Source of the DNA: Candidatus Anderseniibacteriota bacterium
Lineage (GTDB): Bacteria > Patescibacteriota > Andersenbacteria > UBA10190
Length of the DNA stretch: 64,000 nucleotides
Direction: 5' to 3'
Assembly (NCBI GenBank): GCA_040900375.1
Contig: JBBDZC010000021.1
Location: forward strand, 5,258-69,257
Shown here: positions 36,621-46,727 of the stretch, in pieces
Layout of the letters: each line of letters starts with the position of its first letter
Position numbering within the stretch: the stretch's first letter is position 1
Made by a program: the position numbers and the translations under genes
The notes under the pieces: generated by a model
Databases searched by the model: none
Seen by the model: the letters and a program-made list of their open reading frames with translations, nothing else
What the model was told of the DNA's origin: nothing

Positions 36621-36875
36621 ATGAGAACTACTAATTTCTACCATGGTGATTTCACGATTGAGCTCCAACCCGGGGTTTCGCTGTTGCAGATCCCCCAGCA
36701 TGTCACGCTTATTGATCGCAAAATTGTGGTCAAGAACGGCACCTGGGAGAGAGTCCACGGCGGCATCTACTTCTTGTGTGGCAGTACGCCGTTCACGCTG
36801 TTGACGGCACAAATCTTTTCTATCCGCGACAGCACGGGCGAGATACTCTATGAGTCTGCCGTGGCTAAAGTATAG
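36621..36875 (+). CDS. Small hypothetical protein (84 aa)
   Basis: ATG with strong GGAGGAG SD. Confidence 0.5.
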   Translation: MRTTNFYHGDFTIELQPGVSLLQIPQHVTLIDRKIVVKNGTWERVHGGIYFLCGSTPFTLLTAQIFSIRDSTGEILYESAVAKV

Positions 36876-36916
36876 ACGCCCTTACCGACACGCCAGGTCA
36901 ATTTTTTCTCACCTGA

Positions 36917-36961
36917 CCCTGCAGTAAGGCAACACTTACCCAGGGTCTTTTCTTTTTCTCT
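36917..36961 (+). terminator. Rho-independent terminator
   Basis: GACCCTG...CAGGGTC stem (inner GTAAG/CTTAC) followed by TTTTCTTTTTC. Confidence 0.55.
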
Positions 36962-36991
36962 TTTGCTCACAGGCCACGCTATACTCCATCT

Positions 36992-37633
36992 ATGATTGCC
37001 GCAGTATTATTTGATGTTGACGGTACGCTCTTGGACGCTCGGGAGTTTATTTTCCAGGCGTTTGAGCATGTCTTTACCATGCATCACTTGCCGGCAGTTG
37101 CCCGGCAGCAGCTCGCACTTATTAGTGGAAAACCACTCGAAGAATGCTATCGGCTTTTGGCACCCCAGCTTGACACGGCATTGCTCTGCCAGGAACACCG
37201 CATGTTTCAGGAGCAGCACTTTAATCTCTTGCAGCCCTTTCCTCATACCGTGGTTACCCTGCAGCAACTGCAAGCCCGCGGTATTGCAACCGCCGCCATT
37301 ACTAATCGTCGGCAGAGTGGCGTGCAGAGTTTGGCGCATACCGGAGTTTTAGATTATCTCACGGTAGTTATTACTGGTGATGATGTCACCAAGCTTAAGC
37401 CTGATCCGGAAGGTCTCTTCAAGGCACTCGAAGTTTTGCAGGTGGCGCCAACGGCAGCCGCGATGGTGGGTGATACCGATGCCGATATTCTTGCGGGCAA
37501 GCGGGCGGGGATAAAGACAATCGGAGTGACGTATGGGTTTTTTGCGGCGGCAGACTTGCAGGCGGCGGCACCCGATGTTGTGGTGGACGATATTGCTGAC
37601 ATTATAGCGGTAGTAACAAAGCATCTGACATGA
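36992..37633 (+). CDS. HAD-IA family hydrolase (phosphoglycolate phosphatase/beta-phosphoglucomutase-like)
   Basis: LFDVDGTL motif I, AITNR motif II, MVGDTDADILAGKRAG motif III/IV. Confidence 0.8.
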   Translation: MIAAVLFDVDGTLLDAREFIFQAFEHVFTMHHLPAVARQQLALISGKPLEECYRLLAPQLDTALLCQEHRMFQEQHFNLLQPFPHTVVTLQQLQARGIATAAITNRRQSGVQSLAHTGVLDYLTVVITGDDVTKLKPDPEGLFKALEVLQVAPTAAAMVGDTDADILAGKRAGIKTIGVTYGFFAAADLQAAAPDVVVDDIADIIAVVTKHLT

Positions 37634-37682
37634 AATAAAAAGCACATTGCCTGATTAGAGGCAATGTGCGCGAGGGGGAATG

Positions 37683-38051
37683 TCACGAGGGAACGGGTAC
37701 ATCCGCATCATGAAAAATTTCGAACGTGATAATGACCGCCCTGGCGATAGCCCCGATGGTCATATTTCGAGAGCAGGCATTGTTCCGGAGTGTATTATAG
37801 GCGCAGGACTCATCCATCTTGCCAAATTTCATAAGTAAGCTCTTGGCTTGCTCCACAAATGGGCGATCAGCAATCCTTTGCCGTAGCTTCTCGTTTTCCT
37901 GGTTAACGTTTTTACAGTCTTGGGCGACATTGGCTTGCGCCTGCTTGAGCTGTCTCACTTCTTGCCACAGCTTCGCGATTTCTTGCTGAAGCGCTCGGAT
38001 TAGCGGTGACGCTGGATCAGCAGACAATGTCGTTAGGTCAGATGCTGACAT
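37683..38051 (-). CDS. ANTAR-domain protein (RNA-binding antitermination regulator) with N-terminal coiled coil
   Basis: VEQAKSLLMKFGKMDESCAYNTLRNNACSRNMTIGAIARAVI matches ANTAR three-helix pattern; start at ATG 38051 with AAGGAG RBS. Confidence 0.65.
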   Translation of the reverse strand: MSASDLTTLSADPASPLIRALQQEIAKLWQEVRQLKQAQANVAQDCKNVNQENEKLRQRIADRPFVEQAKSLLMKFGKMDESCAYNTLRNNACSRNMTIGAIARAVIITFEIFHDADVPVPS

Positions 38052-38220
38052 ACTCATCTCCTTCATGCAGCGGCTCATACCAAACCTATTCTTGGTGCTC
38101 TCCACCATGGAGAGCGGTGAAAAGTGCAGATCAGCCACCCGTTACTACTGTGCGGTACTCTATTCAATAATGTTTTTAAAAATTAGTCAAGCGCGGTGTT
38201 CTATAATACTATCAGAGGTA

Positions 38221-39198
38221 ATGAGCTCCACGAGTAACCAAGCGGCTCGGAATATTCCTCTGGCGGTGCGCTCACCAGCGGCCCCGATCTTGGAGCCGCG
38301 AACTGGTGAGCAGTATTGGTGGGAGCGTCACGGCACGTTTAATCCGGGTGTAGCGGAGTATCAGAAAAATATTATTCTTCTATACCGGGCCTATGATGAT
38401 TTTCGTATCTCGCGCCTGGGCTTGGCCAATAGTCAGGATGGGGTACATTTTACTCGCTATGATCACCCGGCAATTGATACCAACCCGGATGATCCTCATG
38501 AGCGCCTTGGGATCGAAGACTCCCGGATTACACAACTGGGATCAACTTACTATATTGTCCACACGTCAGCATCCTACCATCGCATTGGCGATAAGAAGGA
38601 TGTCAGAGGTGTGAGAGATTATATTCCCTGGCGGGTACGGATTGGGATGCACAGTACGGAAGACTTTCATTCATTCCAGCATTGGGGAGTAATCTTGCCG
38701 GACGTGCCGGCGAAAAATGCCTGTCTCTTGCCGGAAAAAATTCAGGGCTCTTTTGGGCTCTATTACCGCGAACACGAAGATACACGGGATATCTTAAAGT
38801 TAACCTATACCAAGGACTTCAAACACTGGTCACCGGCGAGCGTGGTGGAGTGGCCGGCAGCAGCCGAGTGGCAGCGCTTTAAATTTGGCATAGGTTCACA
38901 ACCACTTGCCACGCCCCACGGCTTTTTAACGGTGTACCATGCGGTTGATGAGTCACAGGTGTATCGACTAGGCCTTCTTCTCTTAAGCCGAGAAGACCCA
39001 GCGCATATTCTCTGGCATAGTAATCCGATTCTTGAACCAGAGATGCCTTATGAGCGAGAAGGATACGTACCGAATGTGGTGTATACCTGCGGCGCGCTTA
39101 TTCGGGGGCAGGAGCTATGGGTATACTATGGGGCGGCTGACCGAGTAATTGGACGAGCGGTGGTGCCGCTGCACGATATTTGGAGAAATAATTCTTAA
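38221..39198 (+). CDS. GH130-family glycoside phosphorylase/glycosidase-like protein
   Basis: NPGVAEY..LLYRAYDD..LGLANSQDGVHF..EDSRITQLGSTYYIVHTS beta-propeller GH130 blocks; TATAAT -10 at about 38202. Confidence 0.7.
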   Translation: MSSTSNQAARNIPLAVRSPAAPILEPRTGEQYWWERHGTFNPGVAEYQKNIILLYRAYDDFRISRLGLANSQDGVHFTRYDHPAIDTNPDDPHERLGIEDSRITQLGSTYYIVHTSASYHRIGDKKDVRGVRDYIPWRVRIGMHSTEDFHSFQHWGVILPDVPAKNACLLPEKIQGSFGLYYREHEDTRDILKLTYTKDFKHWSPASVVEWPAAAEWQRFKFGIGSQPLATPHGFLTVYHAVDESQVYRLGLLLLSREDPAHILWHSNPILEPEMPYEREGYVPNVVYTCGALIRGQELWVYYGAADRVIGRAVVPLHDIWRNNS

Positions 39199-39210
39199 CT
39201 CTTCGCCACT

Positions 39211-40239
39211 ATGAGAACTAGAGAGAAGCTGCGGGTAGCGATGCTGGCACCAATTGCCTGGCGCACGCCACCTAACCATTATGGTCCGTGGGAGCAAGTC
39301 ACCTCGCTTATTACCGAGGGCTTGGTTAAAGAAGGAGTAGATGTGACACTCTTTGCCACCAAAGATTCAGTGACGACGGCGCAACTGCGGGCTGTCTGCC
39401 CCACGGGCTACGAGAATAATAAAAAATTAGATCAGCCGGTGTGGCTGGCATTACATGTCTCTGAAGTTTTTGAGCACGCTGATGAATTTGATATTATTCA
39501 TAGTCATCTCGATGTTCTGCCGCTCTCTTACTCGCGGTTAGTGGATACACCACTGGTGACCACTATTCATGGATTTCCCTCGCTGCAAAGCCCGATAGTG
39601 TACCGCAAATACAATGGTCAGGCTTTCTATGTCGCCATTAGTGATGCTAACCGTCACCCTGATTTAACGTATGTTGCCACTGTGCACCACGGTATCAATC
39701 TTAATGATTTTTCTTTCCGCGCTGATCCCGATGACTACCTGATCTTTTTTGGCCGGATTCATCACGACAAGGGGACGGCTGAGGCAATTGAAATTGCCCG
39801 GCAGGCGGGTTGCCGGCTGATAATAGCGGGACTGATTCAGGATACAGCGTACTATCAAGAGCAAGTTGAACAGCGTCTCGATGGTAAAAATGTGGTGTAC
39901 GAAGGGAACGTGGGACCAGAAAAGCGCAATGAACTGCTCAGTGGAGCGAGAGCACTATTGCACCCTATTAATTTTGATGAGCCGTTTGGGCTCTCGGTCA
40001 TTGAAGCGATGGCTTGTGGCACGCCGGTGATCGCATTTAACCGCGGCAGCATGCCGGAACTCATTGAGGAGGGCGTAACTGGCTATCTCGTACCAAATGT
40101 TGACGAGGCGGTGCGGGCGGTGGAGAAGCTGCCAGAGCTTAACCGGGAAGAGTGCCGCCGGCGAGCGGAACGGCGCTTTGGTGTGGAGCGGATGGTGGCA
40201 GACTACCTGAAGGTGTATGCACAGATTCTAGGGCGTTAA
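39211..40239 (+). CDS. Glycosyltransferase family 4
   Basis: EPFGLSVIEAMACGTPVIA (EX7E region). Confidence 0.8.
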   Translation: MRTREKLRVAMLAPIAWRTPPNHYGPWEQVTSLITEGLVKEGVDVTLFATKDSVTTAQLRAVCPTGYENNKKLDQPVWLALHVSEVFEHADEFDIIHSHLDVLPLSYSRLVDTPLVTTIHGFPSLQSPIVYRKYNGQAFYVAISDANRHPDLTYVATVHHGINLNDFSFRADPDDYLIFFGRIHHDKGTAEAIEIARQAGCRLIIAGLIQDTAYYQEQVEQRLDGKNVVYEGNVGPEKRNELLSGARALLHPINFDEPFGLSVIEAMACGTPVIAFNRGSMPELIEEGVTGYLVPNVDEAVRAVEKLPELNREECRRRAERRFGVERMVADYLKVYAQILGR

Positions 40240-41437
40240 CTGATTGGGTAGCGTGATTATTATTGAGGACAGTGCGGAAGAGATTGAGGTGACTCTGGGC
40301 CACGTTTGGCCAGGTCATCAGGCGGCCATACTGGTAAGCTTTTTTCTCAATCCGCTGCCTTTTATCGGGATGTTGCCAGAGGTCAATCACGGCGGCGGCA
40401 ATGGCGTGGGGGTCTTTAAAGGGAACAATGATACCGCGCTCGTCCGCTAAAACTTCACGGGCATAAATATAGGGAGTGGAAATACACGCCTTACCGGCCC
40501 CAATGGCATAGGCTAAAGCCCCTGAAGTAACCTGCTCGGGATCGAGGTAGGGCGTGATATAGATATCTAGTGTTTTGAGCCAGTCAATTAATTCCTTGAG
40601 CGGTAAGTAGGAATTAACAAAGCGGACATTATTTTTTATGCCGAGCTCGCGCGCTCGTTTCTTAAGGTAATTGCGGTACTGCTCGCCTTCGGAGCGCAAA
40701 AGGTTAGGGTGAGTTTGGCCAATGACCGTGTAGAGTACCCGAGGATTTTTTTGGGCAATGAGCGCGACTGCTTCCAGGGCATATTCAATGCCTTTGTTTG
40801 GTGAGAGTAAATTAATATTACCGAGCACGAGACGATCAGTCAGTTGCCGTTTTTTCTTATGGCCCTCGACGGAGTTAAAGGGAAGATCAGGAACGCCGTG
40901 GGGTATCACCACAATTTTTTCTCGAGGAATGCCGTAATTTTGCACCAGTTTTTGGGCAACGTTTTCCATCATAACAACGATAGCTTGAGACTTTGCAGCA
41001 ATGCGCTTTAAAATCTCGCCGTATTTAGTTTGGCTGTTTTCCACGATTGTATGAAAGGTGGTAATCAGCGGGCGTTCAAGGGCTTCAACAAAATGCACGA
41101 TATATTCCCCGCCTTCGCCTCCAAATAGACCAAATTCATGTTGGAGCGATACTAAATCTGCCCGCGATTGATTGACATATTCGGCAGCCGCGAGGTAGCT
41201 CCCCAGTTCGTTGTCAGTCATTTTAAATTTCGCTTCCCAGGGGTACTCAATGGTGTCATCCGGATCATTGATGACTAGAATTTCCGCTAGAGAGTAAGAG
41301 TTGAGCAAGTTAATCGCGTTAGTGAGGTCTTTAGTGTACGTGGCAATACCGCATTTACGAGGGATGTAGGAGGAGATATAAATAACATTAAGGGGTTGTT
41401 GTTGCAGGTTGAGAGCTTGTTCAAAATTCTTTGTCAT
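40139..41437 (-). CDS. Glycosyltransferase family 4 (large, sucrose-synthase-like GT-B)
   Basis: GT4 C-terminal domain; 3' end overlaps the convergent GT4 gene by about 100 nt. Confidence 0.75.
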   Translation of the reverse strand: MTKNFEQALNLQQQPLNVIYISSYIPRKCGIATYTKDLTNAINLLNSYSLAEILVINDPDDTIEYPWEAKFKMTDNELGSYLAAAEYVNQSRADLVSLQHEFGLFGGEGGEYIVHFVEALERPLITTFHTIVENSQTKYGEILKRIAAKSQAIVVMMENVAQKLVQNYGIPREKIVVIPHGVPDLPFNSVEGHKKKRQLTDRLVLGNINLLSPNKGIEYALEAVALIAQKNPRVLYTVIGQTHPNLLRSEGEQYRNYLKKRARELGIKNNVRFVNSYLPLKELIDWLKTLDIYITPYLDPEQVTSGALAYAIGAGKACISTPYIYAREVLADERGIIVPFKDPHAIAAAVIDLWQHPDKRQRIEKKAYQYGRLMTWPNVAQSHLNLFRTVLNNNHATQSVNALESVHTPSGSLPPSAPHQSAVPLAGGTLPG

Positions 41438-41441
41438 AGTC

Positions 41442-42536
41442 TTAGTATACTTTAAGAATTGTGAGCATTGTCTGGGCAATGACTGGTGGGGCATACATTG
41501 CTGTCACGTGATCGCGGGCCGCGTGCCCCATCTTTTCCCGCCGGGCCGGATTAGTCAGGAGCAACTTGAGGTAACCGGCCAGATCGTTGATGTCAGCCCG
41601 GAGCGTATTGGTGGCCGGCGCCGGGCGGGCGAGGAAACCGGTTTTCTCATGGAGCACCGTTTCAGTTAGCGCATTAGCAGCAATTGCAATCACGGGCTTG
41701 CCGCACATTTGCGCTTCAATAAACGGTAAACCGAATCCTTCGCGCCGCGAGGGAGCCACATAGAGGTCACAGGTATTCATCAAGCCCCGCATGAAGACTT
41801 GCGAAAATTCTCCCACGATATAACGGATGCGATGATCGATACCTAATTTTTTCGCCAATGTTAGTTCGGCCTGTGAATAAGAAAAACTTGTAGCTGACGG
41901 CCATGTTTTGATCATGTAGACCCATGGGATGTCGCTAGCGGTCTGGCCAAGGGCCGTGATGACTTCTTGAGCTCCCTTGCTTGTGGCATCACCACCGGTG
42001 GTGAATAGGATGGGAATACCAGCTTGTTTAAGTTTTACGAGATCATATTGGAGTGGTAGGTCAACCGTTGCATGCGCCGGAGAAATAAGTTGTAAAAATG
42101 ATTCGAGTTCGGCGGCCGCTAACGGGTGCCAAAATTCGGGGTCAACTGCTTCGGGAACGACAGTGAGCAGCTCTTCCTTAATGCCTTGCGCGACGAAAGT
42201 TTTCTTACAATGCTCGCTGGGGGTGAGAATCACGGGTAGTTTGTTATACTTGGCGACGTGTTCGCCACCCGCGCCATCAGCGACAAGCCAGGGAATAGTG
42301 GGTAGTTTTAATTCGTGAGGGGCGGCTACCAGGAGAGAGTAATCGTGCCAGTCACCCACACTGATGACAAAGTCAGGATTCAACTCTCCCAACACCTCGC
42401 GATAATTTTTAGCCTCGCCCATTTTGACAATCTGGTTGGGAACAGCCAGTTGCGTAAAACCCTTGGCCAGTGCGTCGGCTTGATTTAAGAAACTATAACC
42501 GTGCTCGGCGGGAGCAACAATGATGGCAATTTTCAT
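41442..42536 (-). CDS. Glycosyltransferase family 4
   Basis: MKIAIIV..., EGFGLPFIEAQMCGKPVIA. Confidence 0.8.
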   Translation of the reverse strand: MKIAIIVAPAEHGYSFLNQADALAKGFTQLAVPNQIVKMGEAKNYREVLGELNPDFVISVGDWHDYSLLVAAPHELKLPTIPWLVADGAGGEHVAKYNKLPVILTPSEHCKKTFVAQGIKEELLTVVPEAVDPEFWHPLAAAELESFLQLISPAHATVDLPLQYDLVKLKQAGIPILFTTGGDATSKGAQEVITALGQTASDIPWVYMIKTWPSATSFSYSQAELTLAKKLGIDHRIRYIVGEFSQVFMRGLMNTCDLYVAPSRREGFGLPFIEAQMCGKPVIAIAANALTETVLHEKTGFLARPAPATNTLRADINDLAGYLKLLLTNPARREKMGHAARDHVTAMYAPPVIAQTMLTILKVY

Positions 42537-42724
42537 ACGTGTCCTCAAGTGTCGAAACTAAAAAACACCTTTCCCCTACAATAACGAGGCAAGGGTGTCA
42601 GCAGTTAAAGTGTGTATCGACGAATTGTGGTACAGTTACTTCCCACGATTCGATGCCAGCTAAAGCCAAATCACTGCTGGGCTAAGCCTTGACAGGTGAG
42701 TAGGATGATACTATAAAATAGCCG

Positions 42725-43861
42725 ATGACGCAAGTTTTTCCTGCTATGTCTCCCGCTGCTTCTTTACATGCCTATCCTTTATTGAACCATTTTAAAACCA
42801 TGATGGGTCCCTATGGCTTGTACCAGCATGCTACCAGTCGTGTGCCGCTCTTGAGGGAAGGATATTGCACGGATGACAATGCCCGGGCGGTGCAAGTCTT
42901 AGTTCACCTGCGCTCGTTGATGGCGATAGAGGAGCGAGGACTTGTGGATCAATTTCTGGAGCGCTGCTGGCAGTTTCTTCGTGAAGCGCGAACGGGTGCG
43001 GGCGAGTACCTTAATTTTCGCTCGGCGCAGGGTGGGTGGCTACCAACGGGTGTTTCTGATGATATGTATGCCCGGCTCATCCGTACCTTTGTCACTGTTT
43101 TGATGCACGATGGAACAGCTGCTCGCCGCCAACAAGCGCAGGAAATGTTGACAGAACTACTGGTTGCACTGCCGCGACTGCAAGCACCACGAGCGTGGGC
43201 AGAAATACTATTGAGCTTAGCCAGTCTACCGATAGAACTTCAACAATCTCTCGCAGCGAAGTCGATCATCAGCCATGGTTTGGAATTTTTGCATCGTTTG
43301 TGGCAGCACCAAGCTTCAGCGGCCTGGCCATGGTTTGAGCTAAAAATGACCTATGCTAATGCGCTGTTGCCTCATGGATTGCTCGCTGGCTTGCGAGTCG
43401 CGCCGCAAACAACATATGAAGAAATTTTGCACCAAAGTGCTCAATTTCTGATTAAGACCACTATTCCCCAGGAAATTTTTATTCCGATCGGCAGCGTTGG
43501 CTGGTATGAAAAAGGAGGAGAGCCTTCCCAAGATAATCAACAACCAATCGAGGCGGGCACTATGTTTGATTTCTTGATTGACTACTATCGCTCCTTTCCC
43601 CAGCGGGTGACAGTGGCGCAGGTTACTGCTCCTTACCTGTGGTTCTATGGTTACAATACTCACCGCCTCGCCCTGGTTGATCCTATGACAGGGGCCAGTT
43701 TTGATGGTCTTTTTCGCCATGGTCCTAATAAAAATTGCGGGGCGGAATCTTTACTGGCTTATTTGTGGGCGGAGATTTTACTCCAGCAAGCACCACCCGC
43801 TATGCGTGAGGTAGCCACACTTAAGAGAAGTGAATTTGTTTCTTCTTCAGACTTGACTTAA
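42725..43861 (+). CDS. Hypothetical protein, possibly alpha/alpha-toroid glycoside-hydrolase-like
   Basis: Long ORF; REGYCTDDNARAV region; no firm family assignment. Confidence 0.4.
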   Translation: MTQVFPAMSPAASLHAYPLLNHFKTMMGPYGLYQHATSRVPLLREGYCTDDNARAVQVLVHLRSLMAIEERGLVDQFLERCWQFLREARTGAGEYLNFRSAQGGWLPTGVSDDMYARLIRTFVTVLMHDGTAARRQQAQEMLTELLVALPRLQAPRAWAEILLSLASLPIELQQSLAAKSIISHGLEFLHRLWQHQASAAWPWFELKMTYANALLPHGLLAGLRVAPQTTYEEILHQSAQFLIKTTIPQEIFIPIGSVGWYEKGGEPSQDNQQPIEAGTMFDFLIDYYRSFPQRVTVAQVTAPYLWFYGYNTHRLALVDPMTGASFDGLFRHGPNKNCGAESLLAYLWAEILLQQAPPAMREVATLKRSEFVSSSDLT

Positions 43862-43877
43862 GGGAAGTCTCGGCAGA

Positions 43878-44615
43878 CTACTGGGTTGGCACGGGTTCGC
43901 TGTAGATACGGACGTTATCAATCCAGCCATCAAACGCGTTGGAGTTGCTGTTATAGCCGCGCCCTACGTCCCAATTGGCGGCGACAAAATTAGGCGAGGT
44001 GACTGTCTGCTGCGCTACTATTTTAGCGTCAACATACAAGCGCGCCGTTGTGCCATCGTGAGTGGCAACAATGTGTTGCCAGCGATTAAGGAGAACGCTG
44101 TTATTAGGTGACCCAATCGATACGGAAGATGACAGGAAGACCCTATAGGCAGTGCCCTGGCGGGCTAGGCGAGGGAATGTTCCACTGCCGCCAGCATTTT
44201 GCTTGCCTAAGAAGATATCTAAGCCGGCCAAGGTATGGGGATACACCCAAGCTTCGAGGGTGTAGGTGTTACCGATTGCCGGCACGCCGGTAAAACGCAC
44301 GCTATCGTTTGAACCATCGAAGTTAAGTCCCTTGGTGTTGTTAATGCCATCAACTACTGTAGCGCCGCTGATAGTGCCGGTTTGACTAGCGCGGCAGGTA
44401 TCGGGAGTGGTGCCAGAAGTAACCGTATTAAAATCCCAGACGCCAATACAGTTGTTGACAAGGGTGCGATAGATTTGGCCGCTGTAAGCATAGAGACTGG
44501 CGAGACGCGCACGCTCCCGCGAACCGTAGACCGCCACAATAACGACGGTGACGAGGATACCCATTAAACCGACAACAATCAGGATCTCAATCAGGGTGAA
44601 ACCAGTTTTTTTCAT
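43878..44615 (-). CDS. Type IV prepilin fused to a concanavalin A-like lectin/LamG domain
   Basis: MKKTG|FTLIEILIVVGLMGIL class III signal; C-terminal LNFDGSNDSVRF...YTLEAWVYP...WQHIVATHDG...FDGWIDNVRIYS LamG/ConA-like blocks. Confidence 0.75.
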   Translation of the reverse strand: MKKTGFTLIEILIVVGLMGILVTVVIVAVYGSRERARLASLYAYSGQIYRTLVNNCIGVWDFNTVTSGTTPDTCRASQTGTISGATVVDGINNTKGLNFDGSNDSVRFTGVPAIGNTYTLEAWVYPHTLAGLDIFLGKQNAGGSGTFPRLARQGTAYRVFLSSSVSIGSPNNSVLLNRWQHIVATHDGTTARLYVDAKIVAQQTVTSPNFVAANWDVGRGYNSNSNAFDGWIDNVRIYSEPVPTQ

Positions 44616-44802
44616 GTCAGAGACACCAGATTTTTTAGGAGAACGCTAAGTAGTATAGCATAGTTGGATTAAGAAACGCTCGCGCTTAGGAGGCCCGCGG
44701 TCTGATACTCATTGTTGTGGCTTCTTTGTGCGGTGCCCTCTATACCGCACTGCGTGGGGAGTAAGGTTTTGCTTTAGCCGTGCTTATATTATCGTTAAGA
44801 GT

Positions 44803-46506
44803 ATGATGAATCTTAAGCAGAGCTTATCCCGCGACATTACCGAGGGCATCAAGGCAGCGCAAGCGAGCGGGGCGCTGCCAAAAATCACGCATGAATTGAC
44901 GGTGGTGGTAGAACATCCGGAAAACCCAGAGTGGGGCGACTATGCTTCGCCGGTGGGTCTTACCCTCACGAAAGAGCTGCAGCACAGCCCCCTCGAGATT
45001 GTGGCGGCGATTGCCAAGCACATGCCCAAAAAAGAATATATTGGCAAAATGGAGGCGGTGGCGCCTGGCTTTCTCAATATCCGCTTAAATCCAGGATGGC
45101 TCACAGCGCGTCTTGATGATTTAATTGAGCAAGATCTTTGTGCCGACACGAGTGTCGGTCAGGGCAAGCGTATCAATCTTGAGTTTATCTCGGCTAATCC
45201 GACCGGGCCGATGACGCTTGGTAATGCCCGGACGGCGTTTAGCGTTGATACCCTAGCAAACGTCTTGGCCTGCGCCGGGTATAACGTGACGCGCGAATAT
45301 TATATTAATGATGCCGGTGCCCAGATTAAGAAGTTAGGGGAATCAGTCGTGCGACGGATTTTGCAGGCGCAAGGAGAGACGGTGGAATTTCCGGAAACCT
45401 TATACCAGGGCGACTATATTAAAGACGTGGCTACCACGGTGGCTGAAGCCTGGCGGGAAAACGAGAGTAAGGAATTTGATGCGACTGATCTTGATAATGA
45501 ATCCTTGCTGGCCGTCGTTAGTCAGCAGGCGATGGAGCTTCTGTTTGCAGCGATTCGAGAGACGGTGACCCAGGATTTACGCATTGCTTTTGATATCTGG
45601 ACATCGGAACAAACACTGCGGCGATCAGGGGTGATTGAGCGTGCGCTCGAGCGGTTACGCCAACAGGACGCCACCTATACCAAAGACGGGGCAGAATATT
45701 TGCGGACGACTAAGTTTGGTGATACGGAGGACCGGGTACTGGTGAAAAAGGATGGTGAATACGCCTACATCGCGCCCGACATCGGCTATCACCAAGATAA
45801 GTACAACCGTGGCTTTGATCTCATTTTCACTTTTGTGGGACCTGATCATCAGGGGCATGCGCCAAAGCTTTTGGCTGCCATGCAAGCGTTGGGCAATGAC
45901 GTCAGCAAGTTTAAGATTGTGACCAGCGGGTGGATGCGATTTTTGAGCGACGGCAAGCCAGTTAAGCTCTCGAAGCGAGCGGGCACGATTGTCACACCCC
46001 AGGATTTAATTAAAGAGGTGGGCTATGATGCGGCCCGCTTCTTTATGGTGCAGCGAGCACTGCCAGGTCACATGGATTTTGATTTAGATTTAGCGCGGGA
46101 ACACAGTGAGCGTAACCCGGTTTACTATATTCAATATGCATTCGTTCGCCTCCAGTCAATTATTCGCCGAGCGAAGGAGGAAGGATTCATTGAATCAGTT
46201 GGGGAAGAGATTATTTTAACCAGCCGCGCCCAACTTACCCATACCGTGGAACTTCACTTGCTCCGCCATCTCTACCAGTTTCCGGAAATCATTGCTGACA
46301 TCGCGCGCAGTTTTGAAGTCCAGGGATTAGCCTACTATGCCCTGGAGCTGGCGAGGAGTATCCACATATTTTACAAGCATGCGCCGGTGTTGGCCGCCGG
46401 TGACAAAACCTTGATTGCGAGCCGTCTGCAATTAGTGTTAGCTGCTCGTAAAGTGTTAGGCACCAGCTTAGATCTCTTGGGGATTAGTAAACCGGATGTA
46501 ATGTGA
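44803..46506 (+). CDS. argS: Arginyl-tRNA synthetase
   Basis: Class I HIGH-like region, anticodon-binding DALR C-terminus (MVQRA...YIQYAFVRL). Confidence 0.9.
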   Translation: MMNLKQSLSRDITEGIKAAQASGALPKITHELTVVVEHPENPEWGDYASPVGLTLTKELQHSPLEIVAAIAKHMPKKEYIGKMEAVAPGFLNIRLNPGWLTARLDDLIEQDLCADTSVGQGKRINLEFISANPTGPMTLGNARTAFSVDTLANVLACAGYNVTREYYINDAGAQIKKLGESVVRRILQAQGETVEFPETLYQGDYIKDVATTVAEAWRENESKEFDATDLDNESLLAVVSQQAMELLFAAIRETVTQDLRIAFDIWTSEQTLRRSGVIERALERLRQQDATYTKDGAEYLRTTKFGDTEDRVLVKKDGEYAYIAPDIGYHQDKYNRGFDLIFTFVGPDHQGHAPKLLAAMQALGNDVSKFKIVTSGWMRFLSDGKPVKLSKRAGTIVTPQDLIKEVGYDAARFFMVQRALPGHMDFDLDLAREHSERNPVYYIQYAFVRLQSIIRRAKEEGFIESVGEEIILTSRAQLTHTVELHLLRHLYQFPEIIADIARSFEVQGLAYYALELARSIHIFYKHAPVLAAGDKTLIASRLQLVLAARKVLGTSLDLLGISKPDVM

Positions 46507-46727
46507 GGCGAGACTTATCATTAAAAGAATTATGCTTTACCCTTTACGTTTTTCGTTCTAAACTTAAATTCCTATGCTCTGTAATACAACATCGCTAAGG
46601 CTTGTCTTATCTGGCAGCTCGTCCACGGGGAAGCAAGAACTTTGGTCAATGAGACTGATGTTTATTTTTAAGACTGATGTTGCATCGGCAAGCTTGAGAG
46701 CTGCCGAGCGATGTTGATATACAGGGT

